From: Uloborus diversus
Lineage: Eukaryota
NCBI RefSeq assembly: GCF_026930045.1
Contig: NC_072740.1
Location: forward strand, 29,556,384 to 29,620,383
DNA: 64,000 bases
Reading direction: 5' to 3'
Position numbers and translations under genes: made by a program. The notes beneath the pieces are model-generated. The model was not told where the DNA came from. It was given only the letters and a program-made list of their open reading frames with translations, and did no database searches. Shown in pieces: positions 49,211 to 62,238 of the stretch (position 1 is the stretch's first letter; each line of letters begins with the position of its first letter).

Positions 49211-51441
49211 GTATGTGCTCAAAATAGCTTGTTTTATAATAATATTCTTTCTGTAAAGTATAACTGTTTGAAAATATCATTTCTTGTAATGTTTTCCATG
49301 ACTATAATTGTTCTATGTTAGGGTTACTAATATTTTTGATAGTTCATACTTTATGTATTAATAGAATTAAACTTATGTATCAAATCTCCTGGTCTTTTTT
49401 TTCTTCTTATTTTTTACTGTACATGACATATTAGTATGTATACATGTCACAGTGATTTTGTATGGCTTTTAATGTAATAGCAATTTTATGGTTATTTGAC
49501 TATGAATGAAACAAAAGATAACCTTTTTTAATGTCTCAGGCTGATGAAGTATTGTTTTAAGGCAAAAAGCAATAAATGCTGCTGGCACATGATGTAGGTC
49601 TATTGTAAGCCACTTCTGATATTCCTGTTGGTTCACTTTAGAGAAAAAAACTCATCTTTATTAATAAGAACATTGTTTATTTATTTATTTATTTTAATTG
49701 TGTGATGCTTACGGTTTTCCTTCAAAATGAATAATATATGCACTATACTTTTGCTGCCTTCTAAACAAATAGGCATTATACCAAAAATTTAAAAAAGGCA
49801 CCCAATAGTAAATTTTTACTAATGAACATTTTAATTAAAAACTTACTGCTATTCATTTTACATAAAAGTAGTTTTGTTCTAGTGTGTAATCTAGAATCAC
49901 ATAATGGCAAAAAGGTAACCTAAAATTTGAATCTGCATCCTGCTACCCTTACAAATGGATTGGAATCTAATAGTAGGAAGCTATAAGTGCTTATGCTCAT
50001 AAAATATTGTGAGAATGATTTGGACAATTTGTGTCTCCCAGCAAGTTTCACCTCTTTGATGAGTCGATTAAAGTGTTTTAAAACCTAAGTATTTTTTAAA
50101 TAAATGATTCACGTAATTAATTTTAGCATTATTAATTTCAGTTTACTCTGTACTTATCGCTTTAACTTCAAATTTTCTATAAAGATTTGTTTACATAAAG
50201 TGTTTATTCATTTTGAGTGTACTCACATTATTCATCTAACATTGTGTAGCATCGTTTTTATTGTTAATTTCATCATAATTGTTTTGTCAAATTTGAAATT
50301 AACAGCTAAAGCAGTTTGGCTCTTGAATATTAATTACGAAGAATATAATTTGTGTACAGTTTACTTCATTATACAAAAGCTATCATACCTAATATAAAAT
50401 ATTAAGTTCATTGAAAACTGACCCAATTATCATTGACTGTTTGAAAACAAGCAATTGTTCTGGTTTAGTTCTGCAAAATAAAAGAGCAAATTAAAAAAAA
50501 TTGCAAAACCACATCTGGAATTGCTGCATGCAAGAACACACTAACAGACAAAATGACAAAAACATCCACACTTGCAGCATGGGAGAGGGCAACAAAAATA
50601 CTTGTTTCCACTCTGATTTTTGATACCAATATGTTAAGGTTGTAAGGAAACATTGTCAACTATATAAAACATAATATCAATACCAGACTGAATTTTGAGC
50701 ATTTAATTACAAAAAATCAGCTGTGTATCTAACTATTTGATAAGGGATTGCCTTGTAAAACTTCTCAGTCCAAAATGTTACTTCCTAATAAAGCTACCAT
50801 ACACTCTGACAAAATGCATATTGGCATTCGTTGACTCATGAAATGAGCAAAAGTATTTGATAAAGCAAGTACGATTTACTAAATTTTATGATTTTTTGTT
50901 TACAAATGCTGAGAAAATAAAAAAACAAAACTATCATATTTAAGACCCAAATAACCTGCAGCACTCCTGTCTCCTTCAATGACTCAGTGCCTGGAAAAAA
51001 AACCTCCCCTCATTCCTTTGTTTTATGCATTAAAAGAAGTGCTGTATTTTGATACCCTTGAGAATGCAGACACAGCTAAATTTTAATACCCTCAAGAACG
51101 GATCTTGAAAGTTCCAAATAACAGCAAAATATTTTTATTTTAATGTTTATTGCATATTCATGTTGAGTACATTTTTCTTTGGCAACAAATAAAAAGTGTT
51201 AGCATTTCATCTTGCTGCATTAAAATTTCATTGACTTTCATGGTAACAAAAAAAAGAGGGGGGGGGGCTTGCTTCGCATCCTATAAATTGAAAATTTGCA
51301 GGTATTTATTGTGTTGTCTAATTGCCGAAATAGAGTTAGATGCTGGGAAAACTTTGTTTTTTAAATTTAAAAGTAAATCCGTATTTTTTATGATGTGTTG
51401 TTAGAGACTTTTGTTTTTAATTTTTTTGTCAATTTTTTTAG

Positions 51442-51748
51442 CCTATTATAAAACTAACTGTGATCCTCAAAATAATGGAAGTTGGAGTGGAAGTTCAAGA
51501 TCTGCTCTACGAAATTTGCTGCATCATTTATATAATGGATTTTGCTACCATGAACTTGCTGAGTACCTGTGTTGTCACAAATTCTTAGAGGCTGTTTTTC
51601 GTTTGAATGCTGCTGACAGTATACTTGGATATTATTCATCCTTGCTCTCTGAGCTGAGACAAATTAATAACAAAACTAAAGGAATAGATGCTGGTAGATT
51701 ATTGCAATTTTCTGAATTTGTTTCCAGAAATATTCATATATTTCATCA
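51442..51748 (+). CDS. NWD1: NWD1-like exon (helical linker): (A)YYKTNCDPQNNGSWSGSSRSALRNLLHHLYNGFCYHELAEYLCCHKFLEAVFRLNAADSILGYYSSLLSELRQINNKTKGIDAGRLLQFSEFVSRNIHIFH(Q)
   Basis: ORF 51411-51815. tttttAG acceptor at 51440-41; GTATGT donor at 51749. Confidence 0.75.
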
Positions 51749-53279
51749 GTATGTACATTTCTTTTTAAATCTTAAGAGTTTCATTCATTTTATGCTTTCT
51801 CATCTTTCATTATAATTTTGAGTGTACATTTCTCATTACATAATTGTTGATTATATGTGACATAATGAAACCGGGTTATGATTTTGTCCTAAATAGTTGT
51901 TCGAGTGCAATTTGCTGGTATATTTTTTTTCTTTATTTCATTTATGAAAGGTTATTATGATAAAAAGTTTTTACTATTGAAGCTAAATTAATTTAGTTAA
52001 TAAAGTCTTTTTTTGAGAGCTAGTAAAATTTAGAAGAAAAAAATTTCTTGTAATAATGTCATGACACTTTAGAGGAATGAAACTGAAGCCTTGAACATAG
52101 TTATTTTTAAAATAATATTCCTGGTAATATTAGTCTTTCTAGTTTTTGTTTGCATTTTCATATGTGGTAAATGCTTAACTTAAAATTATTTTATTTTAAT
52201 ATTAATAATATTAAATTAATTTAATTTAATATATAAATTATTAAATTAATTTAATATATAAATTATTAAATTAATTTAATATATAAATTATATTATTTTA
52301 TATATTAAATATATACTTACATTTTGGAGCCCTTTGATTTTGGAGGAGAAGCACATGCTTCATGTATCTTTTAGATAATCAGTCCCGACTGGACATCTGA
52401 GGAGGGGACAAAACACTTGCAACTATTGTTTGAAGAATTTTAACAGATAAGGTGGGAAACCAATATACAAGCGGGGAACCAATCATGTCTGAAATGGTTG
52501 CATTTTATCACATGATAAATGGATATTTTTTAACTTATAAAGGGAATAGCTAATGCTTACTTTCACCTATAGGAATAATTTCAAGAAATAGGCTAATAGT
52601 GGCCTTTTTTATGCAGGGCAAGGGTTGGGGTAGTCTTTTATTAAATGTTGTATAAATATCAACACCAGAATCTCCTTTTTATGAATCACGCTTCCAATGG
52701 AATATTTAAAAGTTAAGGTGTTGATCAAAGTAAAATGTCAGCTATTGAGCATTAATAAATTTATAAACTTATTTTTCAACTTTTTAACACAGAGTGAGAA
52801 ACTGATCTCAAACAAACGTTGTTATTTGTGCGCATATGTCACTTGTGTGCTACATCTTGTTATTTAATATGCAAAAAAATATCTGCACTGAACTTGCCCA
52901 CATTTTTTGGACAGACTGCATCAAATAATGTGCAAAAATTCACTTTAAACAGCCCCTTGTTTGAGTTTAATTCAATCATTAGGAGATTTTTTAACTTAAA
53001 AATGTTTATGTTTTAAATGTAAAACTGATATTTGCTATTAAGAATTGAAATTCAATATTGTGGGGCATTAAACACCCTCTGAATGTTCTTTTATGGTCAA
53101 GTGAGTAGAGCTGATGCTGCTATATTAAATATTGGTTTCAACTTTTTATGTTTCTCGTAATTTTGAAACCCCCAATGATTAAGTAATTTTGTTTTGTTCC
53201 AAGATTTATATTTAATATTTATTTATTCATAGTGTATTTTGTACTAATTTTATGTGAAACGTTTTAACCATACATATAG

Positions 53280-53433
53280 GTACCCCCAGTTAGTCGTCCA
53301 GCAAGCTATGAATGAGCCGAAAAATTCTGCTGTTTTACTCCAACAAAATAGTAGTACTACAAGTACTTTTGAATGTCTTTCACGTTCTTCTTTGGTTGAT
53401 TTTCGACTTGCGACTTTTAGTGGCTTTTTAAAG
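53280..53433 (+). CDS. NWD1: NWD1-like exon: (Q)YPQLVVQQAMNEPKNSAVLLQQNSSTTSTFECLSRSSLVDFRLATFSGFLK
   Basis: ORF 53254-53565. atatAG acceptor at 53278-79; GTAATT donor at 53434. Confidence 0.7.
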
Positions 53434-54504
53434 GTAATTTTCCTACCTCTGATTTTTTTAAAAGTTTTCCGGCTTGAAAAAATTCTCTTTAAAGTTTTGT
53501 CTGTTACGTTATACTTTTTAAACCCAATACCTTTTTTAAACTTAAGAGAGCAGACACACACATAGGGAGTAAGAAATACCAGTTTTTCCTTGTTTTTGAA
53601 AGTTGAAGTACAATATTAGGGAATTTTCAAGAGATAAAAATTTCAAACAGCAAGATTTTATTGCAGTTAAATAGTTTGATATGTTTTGAAAACATGTTAA
53701 AATTCAAGTTTTTTTAGTTCTATTGCTGTTGTGCAATCTTGGGGATAGTGAAGCGAACCCAAGCAGATATGACACCATCCCTAATTGAGTCGCTTCAAGA
53801 CCGTAATCTAAGTGCCAAAAGTGTTATTATAATGCCTAAATATTGAAACATTATTGTAAAATATTATATAAAAAAATATTTAATTGTAGTTATGCAGGTG
53901 GACACATTGTCAGTTTTACCACCAAGCTCCCCTTTCCCCTACCTTACTCTTTTCAATCTGTACTATTCCAATTCTGAATAGGGTGCCCCCACTGCCCCTA
54001 CCCTACTTTCGGACTTTCCTGACGTACCCTCTCACCTGGATAGTTTTTCCTACTAATTGTGAATGCTTTATAGAAAAAATGAATTATAAGTTATTGAGAT
54101 AGTTTGACTATTCACAATTATTTGGTGGTTGACCCAGAATATTTATTAATTAACTACACTAGTCAGTTACTAAAAAATATGCTTTTCCTGAATAAAAGTT
54201 CTATTTTATTTTATCTGAAGTAAAATGTTTATAATTTATTTGAGAAAAAAAAGCTTTCTAAAACCAACAAAATTTCATTACTTGACCATTTTGGTTAATT
54301 TCTAGCACTGATAGCATTTTCGACAACTAGTAGTTGACTACCCCTTAACCCCAACAAAAACGATTAGTTATGAAGCGTTTTTTTGCTTATTTACTTAAAA
54401 CAAAAATGGATGATCTACATATCTCAATAAATAAGCCTGTAGAATTAAATATAATCTCAAGCAGTTCGATAAAGCATTTTATCTCATAACACTTCTCCCC
54501 AGTA

Positions 54505-55273
54505 CAGTAAAACCTGTAAAGTTGACCACCTTTGTAAGTTGACCACCTGTCTATGTTGACCGCTTTTGTCTGGAACGGAATTAGTCCTATCTTATATAAT
54601 GAAGGAAAACCTCTGTAACTTGACCACCTCTCTATCTTGACCACTAATGAACACCAAGTTTGGTTTGGAGTATTGTAAAAAACCCTTTGTAAGTTTACCA
54701 CTTGGTTTATTTTTCAAAATTTTATTTAGCAAATTATTTTTTTTATTATTATTTTTTTTATAGCTTTCCAAGAATATTTTTGATGTCAGACCAGCATTTT
54801 ACCAACTAAATGAAACAGCAGCATAACTAAACCTCCTTTTGAGTTTGAGTAGATCATCATGGGGTTATAAATGTATATGAGAAAAAAATAAAGCGAAAAA
54901 TTTGTAATTTTTGATTAGCTATGAATTTTTAGGAACTATTAATATCAAATGAGTAACTTTTCATAAACAATAAGACTTTTTTTTTGATCAATTTACTGAA
55001 ATTTTAAATTTGCATGGCACATTATATGTCATTCTGGGAAAATAATCTCTAAAAATATTTAAATAACATTTTTAATTATTGTTTCAAAGTAATGTTAAGC
55101 AATGAAAGTGAGTTGAACGGAAAGAGTAAGTGTCAATTAGTCAAAAAATGAATACATGGTGCAAGAAACGACAAAAAAAGAAAAATCATTACCCCCTTTA
55201 TAAGTTGACCACCTGTCTAAGTTGACCACCAAAGTACTGCACCGCAAGTGGTCAACATACACAGGTTTCACTG
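54505..55273. mobile_element. TA-flanked MITE (769 bp) with termini CAGTAAAACCTGT...ACAGGTTTCACTG and subterminal GTTGACCACC repeats
   Basis: TIRs at both ends. TA at 54503-04 and 55274-75. Five or more gttgaccacc/cttgaccacc copies near both ends. Confidence 0.7.
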
Positions 55274-55789
55274 TACTAAAATTGACTTTCTAGAAACTTG
55301 CTAGATATACCTTTGTTAGTGCTCTGCCTAGCCTCCAATAAAAAATTTTAGTTACTACTATAAGTTACTTCCGAGTATTTCATGGGATTTTAAAAATTAG
55401 TTCTAGCAATCAGAATATCTACTTATTTATTCTTAAGGTTTTACATTTTTTGTGCTCCATTAGTCAATTACTGATAGATTGCTTTACATATTATACCAAA
55501 AAAAAAAAGACAATTCATTCACTTATATATACATCGTGTACATATACATCATGTTTCTGAAATCCAGAGTGTGTTTTCCCAGTCCTGGCCCTCAAAATTA
55601 TGGACCTGCATTTTATGTTCTCTTCGTTCAATGTAAGCATATTTCCTGTTTTTTGAAAAGATGTATTTCAAATACATTTAACTTTATTTTTCGGCATTAT
55701 TAGAAATGAGTCAGAGCCTAGTAATTCTGCAGATGCAATCATTTTTGTACACACAAGCAATTAAAAAGTAAAAAAGTATTTACTTTCAG

Positions 55790-55885
55790 AATATTATATC
55801 TATTGGTTGGGAAAATAATCAACCATATGCAGTACTTGGAAGTGAAGATGGATATTTGAAAGTATTGGATATATCATCCAGAAAG
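55790..55885 (+). CDS. NWD1: NWD1-like exon, WD40 repeat segment: NIISIGWENNQPYAVLGSEDGYLKVLDISSRK
   Basis: tttcAG acceptor at 55788-89; GTAATT donor at 55886. 96 nt, phase 0 in and out. WD40-like residues (SEDG.LKVLD). Confidence 0.7.
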
Positions 55886-57356
55886 GTAATTAGACCCTTC
55901 TTTGTTATGGGGAAAATGTTTGTTTTCAGGATAAATGCTTAATTTTTTGAATAAAATTTAAAATCTTGCATTCATTTCCATTGAATGTTGATATAGCTAA
56001 TCTTTACAGTGCTTTGTCTTTCAAGACTTCAAAGTGTAAACATCATCAAAAAAAAAAAAAAAAAAAAAAATCCTGGAAAGATTTGTCAAATCACAAACCA
56101 ATGCCAAGCATATCATGCAGTAGGGGTCATTCTCCAGAAAACATAACTTTTGAACACAAATATGTTTCAATTCCGAAACATTTTGTTGTCTTTTTTTTTC
56201 ATTCTTACGTCAAAGTGTAACCTTTTAAGTGTAATTATTTTACTCATAAATAAAAATAAAAAAAATTAAAAAATGCCTTGTTCACTGAAATGATAAAAAA
56301 AGAAAAAACTTTTAATATTTAAAAATTGAGGCCAATTTAGTATCAAAGTAGCAATTTTATTAATTGTACAAACAATCAGCTATTTCAATGATTAGTGGGA
56401 ACATAATATTAAGCTCTCTTAATTTAAGTATAGCTTGATTAGTAGTTTCAAATATATGTTAAAAAATAGAATTTAGTAAATTTGAGGATATAGTGGCAAT
56501 TTATAATTTTGGTAGAATGCCTATTATTGAGGTATTTCCCCTCCATCATTTATTTTCACCTCAGAAATAATGACATTGGTAAGGTTTGTCATGGAGGTGA
56601 GATTCACGGAGATGAGGAATTTTCCATTAATATAGACCTAATAGATACATTTTTCAGGGAAATTTTTTTTTCTTCATTGCTACAAACTGCACCTGTTAAG
56701 CATATAAAACATGTTCACTTCTTCTTTTACATTAATTTGCATCCCTGAAATTCAAGTTCACAGATGTGAGAGTTCACAATAATCACCCTTGGTTTTTCAA
56801 AAAAAATCTATCTTCTTGTTTTTCGACAAAAATCTCACAACTTCTTTATATCTGAAAATAAACAAGGGGTTTTTTAGTCCCTTGTATCATGGAAAATAAA
56901 ATGTCATGTCATTACTTCCACGTGTTAATGAGAAATGGTGTTTTCTGTTTAGGTAACAGAGGTGAGAAATTATTGTGGGACATGACTCTTTGTCCTACTT
57001 AAACGAACTAAAACACAATATTAAAAAATTAAATACACTTAAACCATTAGTATTTGAGACACTTGTGAAAGGAATAATAATAATAAATAAGTATATACTT
57101 TTAGTTAAACAAGTTATTAAGCAACCTAAACAGACACACAAGGTATGTGACATGCCATGGAGGTGAGAATTCACATGTTGTGAACCAAAAATTTACTAAA
57201 ATAAAAACTATTGTTAAAAAATTGTTGGCAGGTTTAAATAGATGAAATTAAAATATTTAATAAAAATATTTTTGATGAAATTAAAAATCATTGTTAAATG
57301 AATTGTTCCTTAAAGTTTTTACTGTAAAAGGTGTGTGACAGAAAAGTTACACATTT

Positions 57357-57358
<2 letters not shown>

Positions 57359-57416
<58 letters not shown>
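57359..57416. repeat. (AT)n microsatellite, about 28 repeats
   Basis: Uninterrupted atat... run. Confidence 0.95.
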
Positions 57417-57423
<7 letters not shown>

Positions 57424-57898
57424 GTTATATATTTGTAAATTTACATTTAGACAATACCATGATGTTCAAAAACTCAAACTCTGTAAATACAAGTTTGGAA
57501 TGATTCGAACTTTTGTTAAGTCTCCATCAAGTTTGAATTATTAAATGTTGACTGTATACCAAGTATGTTTGTTATATATAATAGAGATTATGCTCACTGT
57601 ATTTTTTGCATTATTTGCTGGTTAACTAAAATATTAAAGGAAATGTATGATAAAATATTTGTTTTAAGTGTACAGAAAAATAGAGTGTTATAAATTAATC
57701 CATTTGTACAGAATGTTGTACTGTAAATTTTTAATGCATAGGTAAATTAAATCAAAGGCAATTTTAAGACTCATTTTAGTTATTTAGTTTATTCTAATTT
57801 TTAGGTAAAACCTTTCCTTGCATGTGTACTTGCAATGTTGACTCTGTTGTCTATAGTTTTGCGAATTTCCAACTTTACTCATGAGTCTATATTTATAG

Positions 57899-58023
57899 AT
57901 GCTTAGGACAATCAAAGGTCATTCATCTGCAATTTCTTTTGTCTGCTTTGCTGGGAAAAATCGTATCTGTCTTTCATCTGCTGATACTACACTAAGCATA
58001 TGGAATGTTGAAAATTTTAGCAG
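57899..58023 (+). CDS. NWD1: NWD1-like exon, WD40 repeat: MLRTIKGHSSAISFVCFAGKNRICLSSADTTLSIWNVENFS(R)
   Basis: tatAG acceptor at 57897-98; GTATTC donor at 58024. KGH...S..D.TL.IWN matches the WD40 consensus. Confidence 0.75.
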
Positions 58024-59365
58024 GTATTCTTTTTTTTAAATCCATAACATTACTTTAAAAATTTGATTGTTTGAAATTGTTACTATTATTTTGTTATATC
58101 TATATAATTTTACTCAGTAGCAGCATTGACAGATTGCTATCATCTGAAATATATCATGATTAAATATGCTTATGTAAGTCAAAATATTGCACCCTATAAA
58201 ATAAAATCAACCACCAAATTTACCTTACTTAAACTTCAAAACACCTTAAACTCATCTTAAATCCACTGATTCATTTCTAAGTAAATGATTATTTTAAAAA
58301 AAATATATAATGGAAGAAATAAAAAAAATTAATTGCTTTAGACATCATGAGCACAAGTGATGAGACCTAAAATTAAAAAAATCTGTTGTGATAGTGATTC
58401 TCTCTTTTGATTTTGACTTCCCAGTTGTCAAGTAACACCCTAAGCTAGTAGTGTTAGGTTATTTTTCTAATATTTTATGTGACTCAAATCAAAATCAGTA
58501 GAAATAAAAACTTTTGCTTCCCTGTTCTTATGGTATAACCAAGTTAGAAGTACATACACAGTCAAATTCGACCAATGCGAAATTGTTTAACATGAAGTAT
58601 TGCTTTACATAAATTACTTGTTTGGTCCTGTGAGTTAACTACTCTTAACTCACTTAATAATTTATCACAGGGGTCCCCAATCCTATGCTCGCTGACACCA
58701 CAGAGCCCACCAAGTCTTTAACATGTGCCCTCCATGTGCAATCTGGACAAAAAAAATAATAATTTTTAATAAAATGTCATGCAAAAGTTTTTTCACTTTT
58801 AATGATTAACTATCCAAAGGTAGAAGTTGCATGCAATGCAAATAAAAGCACACATTTCAGAACTTGTTCCTAAAAAACAGAAGAGTTGGAGGAGGTATAG
58901 AAATTTTGTATATTAAGGGTAACATAGTCCTAAAATCCATTATATGATGTGAGAATTTCTGAAAAATAATTTCAAGAAACATATTAGAAAATAGAAATGT
59001 ATTCAAATTTTATACACTTGTGCAAATTATATTTTTTAACTGTAAGTGTGACATAGAATCAAAGTACATATCACGACTTATACTACCATGGGAAGATAAA
59101 GTGGTATTTGGAATCTTTATCTATCTTTTCTCAGAAACTTCATTTCCCTCTTAAATTAAGATTGACTGAAGGGACAACCTTCCTTTCAACCTCCCCCTCC
59201 ATCCTTCTATTAAATTATATGACAATTTCCTCCAACAAAAGGCAGTGAGGATTGAGAAAGGTTTATTTAGTGTTGTGTTCCTGTGTGTGGAGGAGGGGCA
59301 ACATTATCAATAAACCCCCCTTTACTTATATCTTTTTATGCGTTAATAATTGAAACTTGACAATA

Positions 59366-60916
59366 CACTGATGTGCAAAAATTAAGGACGAAGTCGAAAA
59401 ATTAGCATATCAGCTGAACGAAGAGGCAGAGTGGACAGAAAGAACAATCAGGAGATAAAGTAAGGTGATGTACGGTAGCACATGCGCAGATATGCAGGCA
59501 GACGTAATGGGGGAGTGTCTGAGTAGTATAAAGCATGTTGTCGGTGTAAGATCAGTATTTCTGACAAAGAGATTGCACACCGTATAGCAGTTAAAATCAC
59601 ACCGAGTTGCTGCCTCAGCGAGAAATGGCAAATAACCAATCTGTTAGATGACATCTGGATGCTTTTATCCGAGGTCGAATCATTGGGAAGTTGGAGGAAA
59701 GCCGCAGTGTGACAAGTGTGGCTGCAGAGTTCGGAATTGTTCACAGCATCCTTTCACAACTTTGGAGACAATTTCAAACTACAGGAACAGCTATCCGGGG
59801 GTTCAGTAATGGTCGTCCACGAGGAACCACACCCGCCGATGACCGGTATATTTTCTTACAGGCCAGAAGAAACAGGCGGCAGACAGCGGGAGAAATTGCT
59901 AGACACACGACGCAGGCGACTGAACGACCGATATCACGTTTTACCGTAGCCAGAAGACTGCACGGTGGTGGTCTGTTTGCACGACGCCTTATACGGTGTG
60001 TACCTCTAACGCCTGCCCACCGGAGAAGGCGTTCTCTGTGGTGCCGGGAACACCGGAATTGGAGAGACAATGAATGGGGACGAGTACTCTTTACAGATGA
60101 GAGCAGATTCAGTCTGAGTAGCGATTCTCATCGCATACTCATCTGGAGAGAGCTGGGAAGCCACAATCATCCCTCAAACATCACTGAAAGGGACAGGTAT
60201 GGAGGTCGCGATGTTCTTGTTTAGGGAGGCATCATACTTTGTACTCGTACAGACCTTCACATCTTCGATGCAGGTTCAGTCAACGGGACCCGTTATTGTA
60301 ACGAGATTCTTCTTCCATATGTGCGTCTTTTTAGAGGAGCTATGGGTCCGCAGTTCCTTTTCATGGATGACAATGCACCATGTCATCGCACAGTAGCTGC
60401 CGAACAACTCTTAGAGAGTGAGGCTATTGAACGTATGGATTGACCGGCACGATCTCCGGATCTCAATCCCATCGAGCATGTATGGGATTTTCTAGGCAGA
60501 CGCTTGGCAGCACGTACCTTACCACCAGTAACGATTCGGGAGCTTCGATTGGTGCTGCAAGACGAATGGGCAGCAATGCCTCAACAACTCATTGACACCC
60601 TCATTCTTAGCATGGGCAGACGCTGTGAAACCTGCCTAGCAGTCAGGGGAGATCATATCACCAACTAAAGACCGGATGTTTCTTGCTGGACACCCATCAC
60701 AGGGATGTTTCGGCCTTCAGTCGGATTGCGCTCCATGCTACTTTTTCAATAAAGCTTCTTTTTATCCCTCTGATTTCTCTTTTAGTAAGTGTTGCTTACA
60801 TTACACATGTCCTTACGTGTTGGGGATCTTATGGTATTAAATGTGTTGATTTGGAAAGCTTTTGTACAAAGTTATATTGAAAAAACCGTCTCGTCCTTAA
60901 TTTTTGCACACCAGTG
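59366..60916 (+). mobile_element. Tc1-like DNA transposon, copy 2 (1551 bp), with TIRs, TA flanks and a frameshifted transposase
   Basis: TIR cactgatgtgcaaaaattaaggacga at 59366, with reverse complement tcgtccttaatttttgcacaccagtg ending at 60916. TA at 59364-65 and 60917-18. ORF 59691-60224 has ...RLHGGGLFARRLIRCVPLTPAHRRRRSLWCREHRNWRDNEWGRVLFTDESRFSLSSD. A shifted frame gives MDDNAPCH, then ...[23 protein letters not shown]. Confidence 0.85.
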
Positions 60917-61326
60917 TATATATAGTTAGAAATGTGAAAAAGGCCATGTAAAGGGCCTATTTTTTAATCTGCTGGGAGAGTGGGAATTCTGAATACCCAA
61001 TCTTTCGATATTTAAACTGATAATTTCCAATGCTGCTTGACAGCAGCAATTGAATACTGATATTTTCTCCACTGTTACTGTTTTGTATTAAGGGGCTCTC
61101 CACAATTGATGTCACAGGGGTGGGGACATGTTAAGGAGGGAGTGGCCTTCATGTATCATCAAATTTTTTTATTAGAATACTTTTATGAAAAACAATGTGA
61201 TATATGACAAGGGATGGAAGTTTAAAATGTTGAAAAAAAAGTGTAACAACATTTATGGACAGTCCCTTAACTAAAGATTAACTCTGAGTTTCTTTTGACA
61301 AATTTTTATTGAAAATGTTATTTTAG

Positions 61327-61476
61327 AATTGCTGTCTTAAAAGGACACCGGGATATTGTTACTTGTTGTTGTGCTGATCCTGATGGAAGTATTTTATTTT
61401 CATCTGGATGGGATAATTCAATTCGCTTGTGGAGTTTGCATGATGGAAGACCCATTTCTGTTTTCGATGATTTTAA
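61327..61476 (+). CDS. NWD1: NWD1-like exon, WD40 repeat: (R)IAVLKGHRDIVTCCCADPDGSILFSSGWDNSIRLWSLHDGRPISVFDDF(K)
   Basis: ttttAG acceptor at 61325-26; GTAAGT donor at 61477. Classic WD40 (LKGH...V.......DG..L.SGS.D..IRLW). Confidence 0.8.
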
Positions 61477-61639
61477 GTAAGTAATTATGAAATCATTGAT
61501 GAAATGTGATAACTGTGTTTCTTCTTTGGGCGTTATTTTCAATGTTCCTGAGTGCCTGAGTGTAATTTATTCAGTTACCTGCATACAATTTTTTAAAAAT
61601 TTGATAGTAATGTACATAGTCTTTTAACTGTATTTTTAT

Positions 61640-62150
61640 GCATATTATTCATGGCGGTGTACAATCTGCAGGTCTTAAAATTGTCCTAGAGAAAAAAAAA
61701 TGTCTTTTTATAATCTGCCCCATCTTTTCATCTTCAAAATAATACGATGTAAAAAAGCAAAGTTTTGACTTTAACATACAATTTTAGCAACTAAATTAAA
61801 AACCTGAAGGAGTAATTACTTTTAAGGTGGTATCAAAATTAATCTGAAAAATTATGAATTCTTGAAATCGTGAATGTGGTACGCCAATTATTTTCAGACA
61901 AAGAGTCGAGACAAAGAAGCAAATGATCTAATCTTGTGCAAATGCAGGCTTCTTTCTTGACTGTATGGTTGTTTATTTTACATAGCCTGAAACCTGTAAG
62001 AGGAACATTCAAGCTATTTAAAATAAACAACCCTAGAGGCAGTGTAGCAGTCTCCATTGGTGAATCCTGCTGTAAATTGAGGTTTGATGCATTCATGTTG
62101 AGAAAAAAAAGCACAAATAATCCGCAGCAGTGTGTAATCCGCACCTCATT
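61640..62150. mobile_element. Second copy, truncated at both ends, of the MITE that is nested in the LINE fragment at 34571-35198
   Basis: aatctgcaggtcttaaaattgtcctagagaaaaaaaaatgtctttttataatctgcc...gtacgccaatta...gtcgagacaaagaagcaaatgatctaatcttgtgcaaatg... aligns to 34600-35170. Confidence 0.65.
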
Positions 62151-62238
62151 AATTTTTTAAACAGGTAACCCATGGATAATGCACTGAAAAGTACTGTATT
62201 TCAGCATTTTAATCCATTTTTCTCATTTTCATTTTTAG

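Noticed and set aside
53708-53822. Candidate extra exon after a tttttAG acceptor, reading FYCCCAILGIVKRTQADMTPSLIESLQD...
   Set aside because: No donor gives a length compatible with the phase 0 to phase 0 requirement between the exons at 53280-53433 and 55790-55885. The only GT (gtaatc at 53793) leaves 85 nt. Read-through hits a stop. It is likely intronic.
61475-61480. In-frame TAA directly after ...DDFK at the end of the WD40 exon. This could be taken as the gene's stop codon.
   Set aside because: The same bases form a strong GTAAGT donor. The next exon (62239-62347) is in phase, WD40-like and bounded by good splice sites. NWD1-type proteins carry many more WD40 repeats. Terminating here remains a minor alternative.
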